This document shows, piece by piece, positions 60,901-64,000 of a DNA stretch of 64,000 nucleotides. The stretch is from Lophium mytilinum (lineage: Eukaryota): assembly GCA_010093605.1 (NCBI GenBank), contig MU004183.1:1922001-1986000 (forward strand), written 5' to 3'. Position numbers and translations under genes: made by a program. Within the stretch, counting starts at the first letter, position 1, and each line of letters opens with the position of its first letter. Below the pieces are notes generated by a model that was not told the DNA's origin, searched no databases, and was given only the letters and a program-made list of their open reading frames with translations.

Positions 60901-63168
60901 CTCTAATAAAGAACTACTAGAGCTACTAAGTAGATAGGGGGAGTTATAGAGTAACCCTACTAAAGGTATAGTAGAATAAGATATTATAGATTATATATAA
61001 GAGGCTCTTACTAATAATATTATTACTAATACTATTAAGAACGCTATTAGAGCTAAACTACGCCGCTTACCTACTAATATTATTAAGAACTACAGCGTTA
61101 AACTTAAACTTTATAACTATATAATCTATAATAGCCTTATCTTTATTTAAAAGAACCGTCTATATATTTCTACTAAGAAGAAACTCTAGTTAGCTATTAT
61201 TAAGAGCCTTTATAAACTACTACTAGTTAGTTATAGTAGAACTATATCTACTTATAACTATATCTTAATATACTACTTCTAGCTAAAAATAACCTCTAAT
61301 ATTAACTACTATATTAAGGCCTATTAGCTATACAACTATATTAAATATATATATAAGGTAAAATAAGGCTTCCTTAAGCTACTCTCTATCTCTAACTAAT
61401 ACTAGACTAATCTAATAGTAGACTTTATTAGCCCTCTTCTAAAATACTTATAATTTAGACGGGACTATTAATATATTATAGTAGTTATTAATAGGCTCTT
61501 TAAGATGCGTAAGTTTATCCCTATAGTTACTATAGACGCTAAGAAAGTTACCTAAGCTTTTCTTAAATAGGTATAGCGCACTAAAGAATATCTATAGTCT
61601 ATTATTTCTAATAGAGAGATATAATTTATCTTAACCTTCTAGTTCCGCCTATATAAGCGTATTAGAATAAAACTAAAGCTTTCTACTATATTTTATTCTA
61701 AGATAGATAGATAAATAGAAGTTGCTAATATAGGCCTAAAGTAATACCTTAGGGCTTATATTAACTACTAGTAAGATAACTAGTATAACTTTCTCGCTAT
61801 TACTAAGTTTAAAGCTAACTTAGTAAAGAATACCTCTACTAGAGTAGCGCTCTTTATAGCTACTAAGGGCTATATTTCTAGTATAGATACTATACTAGCC
61901 GCGTAACTATCTAATAATATAGCTAAGCCTAGCGTAAACGCGCTAATAGCTTATCTTATAAAACTTATAGATAAATTTATTACTAGAATAGATAAACTGC
62001 GCGCGTTTCTCTATATAGAAATTAAATAGGCCTAGGCTAAGTAGAAGAAATATACTAATATAGAATAATAACCGGCTTATATATATTACCTAGGTAATTA
62101 AGTTATATTAAATAGACGCTTTATTAAAATAATACACCTAAATAAGAAGCTTAACTTTAAGAAACTAGGCCTCTTTAAGATTCTAGAGAGCTATAAAAAT
62201 AGAAGCGCGTATAAGCTTAATCTACTAAAAGGTATAGAGAATATCTATCTAGTATTCTACCTATAGCTTCTCTATCTAGCTAACGCTATTTCTATAAAAG
62301 AATAATATAATTCTAAACCTCCCCCTATTAAAATAATATCTATATACTAGAAAGGCGATACTAAAGAAATTATAGATAGCTACCTAGATAGAAGATAACT
62401 TAACCCTACTATAGGTAAAAGGGGTATACTCTAATATAAAATTAAGTTTATTAGATAGGATAATAAACCCTAATAGAATAACTATAATTATACTAATAGT
62501 TATCCTTATTTTATAGTAGATTTCTACTATTACTACCCTAAGAAGCTAGGGCCTTACTTATTATTTATACTACTATTAGACTAGAAACTAACCTTAGCTA
62601 CTATTCTTACTACTATAGACCTCTATATAACTAATACTGCGGAAGCTATATAATTTAATTACTAGACTAGCAGTTAAATTAATTTATTAAGGAGGCCTAA
62701 CTATAGATATGCGCAATAATTAAATATAATATAATAGCGTAGATTATTATAAGTATCTAGTAGTAGGCTAGTAGCTATAAAGGCTATATAGCTTCTTATA
62801 GCTCTATTATAGCCGGCCCTAGTTTAAATAAATAATAAGATAGTAATACTACGCATAGCAATACTATATATAGTAATACTGCGTATAGTAATACTATATA
62901 TAGTAATACTATATAGAGTAATATAGCGTATAGTAATACTAGTAGACTATTAAAAAAGCTATATAAAACTATAGAAGGCTATATAAAAATAGAAAGAATA
63001 AGTAATCCTCTATAAATTAATTTATTTTCTTTATTTAAATTATAGCTATAGCATAACCTAGCACTTTATTTAATAGATATTTAAGCGGTTATAGATACTC
63101 TAGTATAGAAAGGACTCTCTTATAAGAAGGAGGCTTTAATTAGAAGGCTTCTTTAGAGGGGGGAGATG

Positions 63169-63361
63169 TATTATAGCTATATATTTACGCATAATATATA
63201 ACTAGAGGTTATATAATAGAGGCTCTATAGAATAGATAAATATTACTCCGCCCTTTAGATTATTATAATACCTATTCTAGGAATCTCTTTCTCTCTTATA
63301 TTTATCTTTTATTAATATTAATACTATTTAATCTAATATTCTAACCTTAAGCTCTAATATA
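63169..63361 (+). repeat. 3' LTR (193 bp)
   Basis: Direct repeat of 54733-54925, starting 2 nt after the polypurine tract. Confidence 0.92.
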
Positions 63362-64000
63362 TATACTATAGCCTTATACCTAAATATCCTCTAGTTTCTT
63401 TACTATAGGCAGCTTCTTTCTTAGGCATAGATATAGGGGTATTCTTAGGGCCTAGTTAGCTATTAGAGACTAAGAAAATTAAGCTCTAAGTAGCTATTAG
63501 AGTGCCTACCTATCTAGTAGAGTAATTTAGCACTATATTTATAAACTATATAGAATTATTTAATACCTAAATAGTCTACTTAACTTCTAGTATGCCTATA
63601 GAGATGCCTATTATAGTAATTTAGCTGCCCTATATTCTAATCTATATTAATTAAGTTAATTTCTATCTACTTATAATACTTACTACTTATTCTATATAAG
63701 TAGTAGCCTTTTAAGCTTACTAAAGATATAATATTCTTTTATATAATTCTAGCCCTCTACTATATTATTACGCGCGCTAAGCTATACTTACTAGGTCCTA
63801 TTAAGTATTATATTTAAATTAAGATAAATTATACTAAGTTATATTTATAGGTGTATAAATATAGCTATAGCTATAGCTATATATAGTTTAATAAGGTATA
63901 GTAGAGCCTATTAGGCGCCCTTTATAGTATAGTATAATAGCTAGAGCCTTAATAAGAAGAAAAGAATCTATAGATAAGTTTACCTTATTTAGAATAGAAT

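Larger units (their letters stand above)
54733..63361 (+). mobile_element. Full-length RIP-inactivated Ty3/gypsy LTR retrotransposon (chromovirus)
   Basis: Paired LTRs and PPT AGAGGGGGGAGA at 63155-63166. TSD-like TATAT/TATAC. Decayed domains in order: gag Zn-knuckle (~58105-58160), RT (AYLNNILIFS = YLDD at 59870-59881), RNase H (IYNKELLAII; ITYRPGKNN), integrase (VDFI..; KLST..; KKLNFKKLGLFKI) and chromodomain-like (~62360-62560). Confidence 0.93.
54441..64000. repeat. AT-rich RIP block; unclassified outer repeat (54441-54727 and 63367-64000+) interrupted by the gypsy element
   Basis: Abrupt fall in GC at ~54520, near-absence of CA/TG and excess of TA. RIP'd sequence continues on both sides of the LTRs. 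It begins with a 22-bp-period repeat TCTCTGCGTATCACCCCCC x2 (54455-54495). Confidence 0.75.

Noticed and set aside
1..64000. tRNA, rRNA, or secondary-metabolite backbone (PKS/NRPS) genes
   Set aside because: None recognised by eye. A tRNAscan-SE/Infernal run is needed to exclude small RNAs.

Overview
Fungal (Pezizomycotina, probably Dothideomycete-like) genomic DNA. Bases 1-~54.5 kb are gene-dense, ~50% GC sequence with 19 protein-coding genes, most with GT-AG introns and CTRAC branch sites that I traced by hand: HSM3-like protein, SDR, Zn2Cys6 TF, two MFS transporters, BTB-like protein, small CHZ-like protein, PARP-zinc-finger protein, large putative mitochondrial protein, Ifh1/Crf1-like protein, seipin, a membrane-anchored Cys/Thr-rich protein, an orphan, amino-acid permease, a TF-like protein lacking a Zn cluster, a ZNFX1-like helicase/E3, an F-box protein, NAPE-PLD and a LITAF protein. 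From ~54.5 kb to the end the DNA is AT-rich and destroyed by repeat-induced point mutation (RIP). It contains a full-length Ty3/gypsy chromovirus with 193-bp LTRs, nested in another RIP'd repeat. A RIP'd Tc1/mariner element (50554-51855) and a 204-bp MITE lie just before it. Top leads: (1) a CCCH-helicase-NFX1-RING-like-RZ (ZNFX1/RNF213-type) gene with a single +1 frameshift that uncouples the helicase from the E3 module, next to an F-box gene and a RIP'd relic; (2) a ~1.9-kb hairpin-rich non-coding region with a template-like 8-mer repeat, a speculative structured ncRNA or telomerase-RNA candidate. All family calls come from motif recognition by eye; no searches were run.
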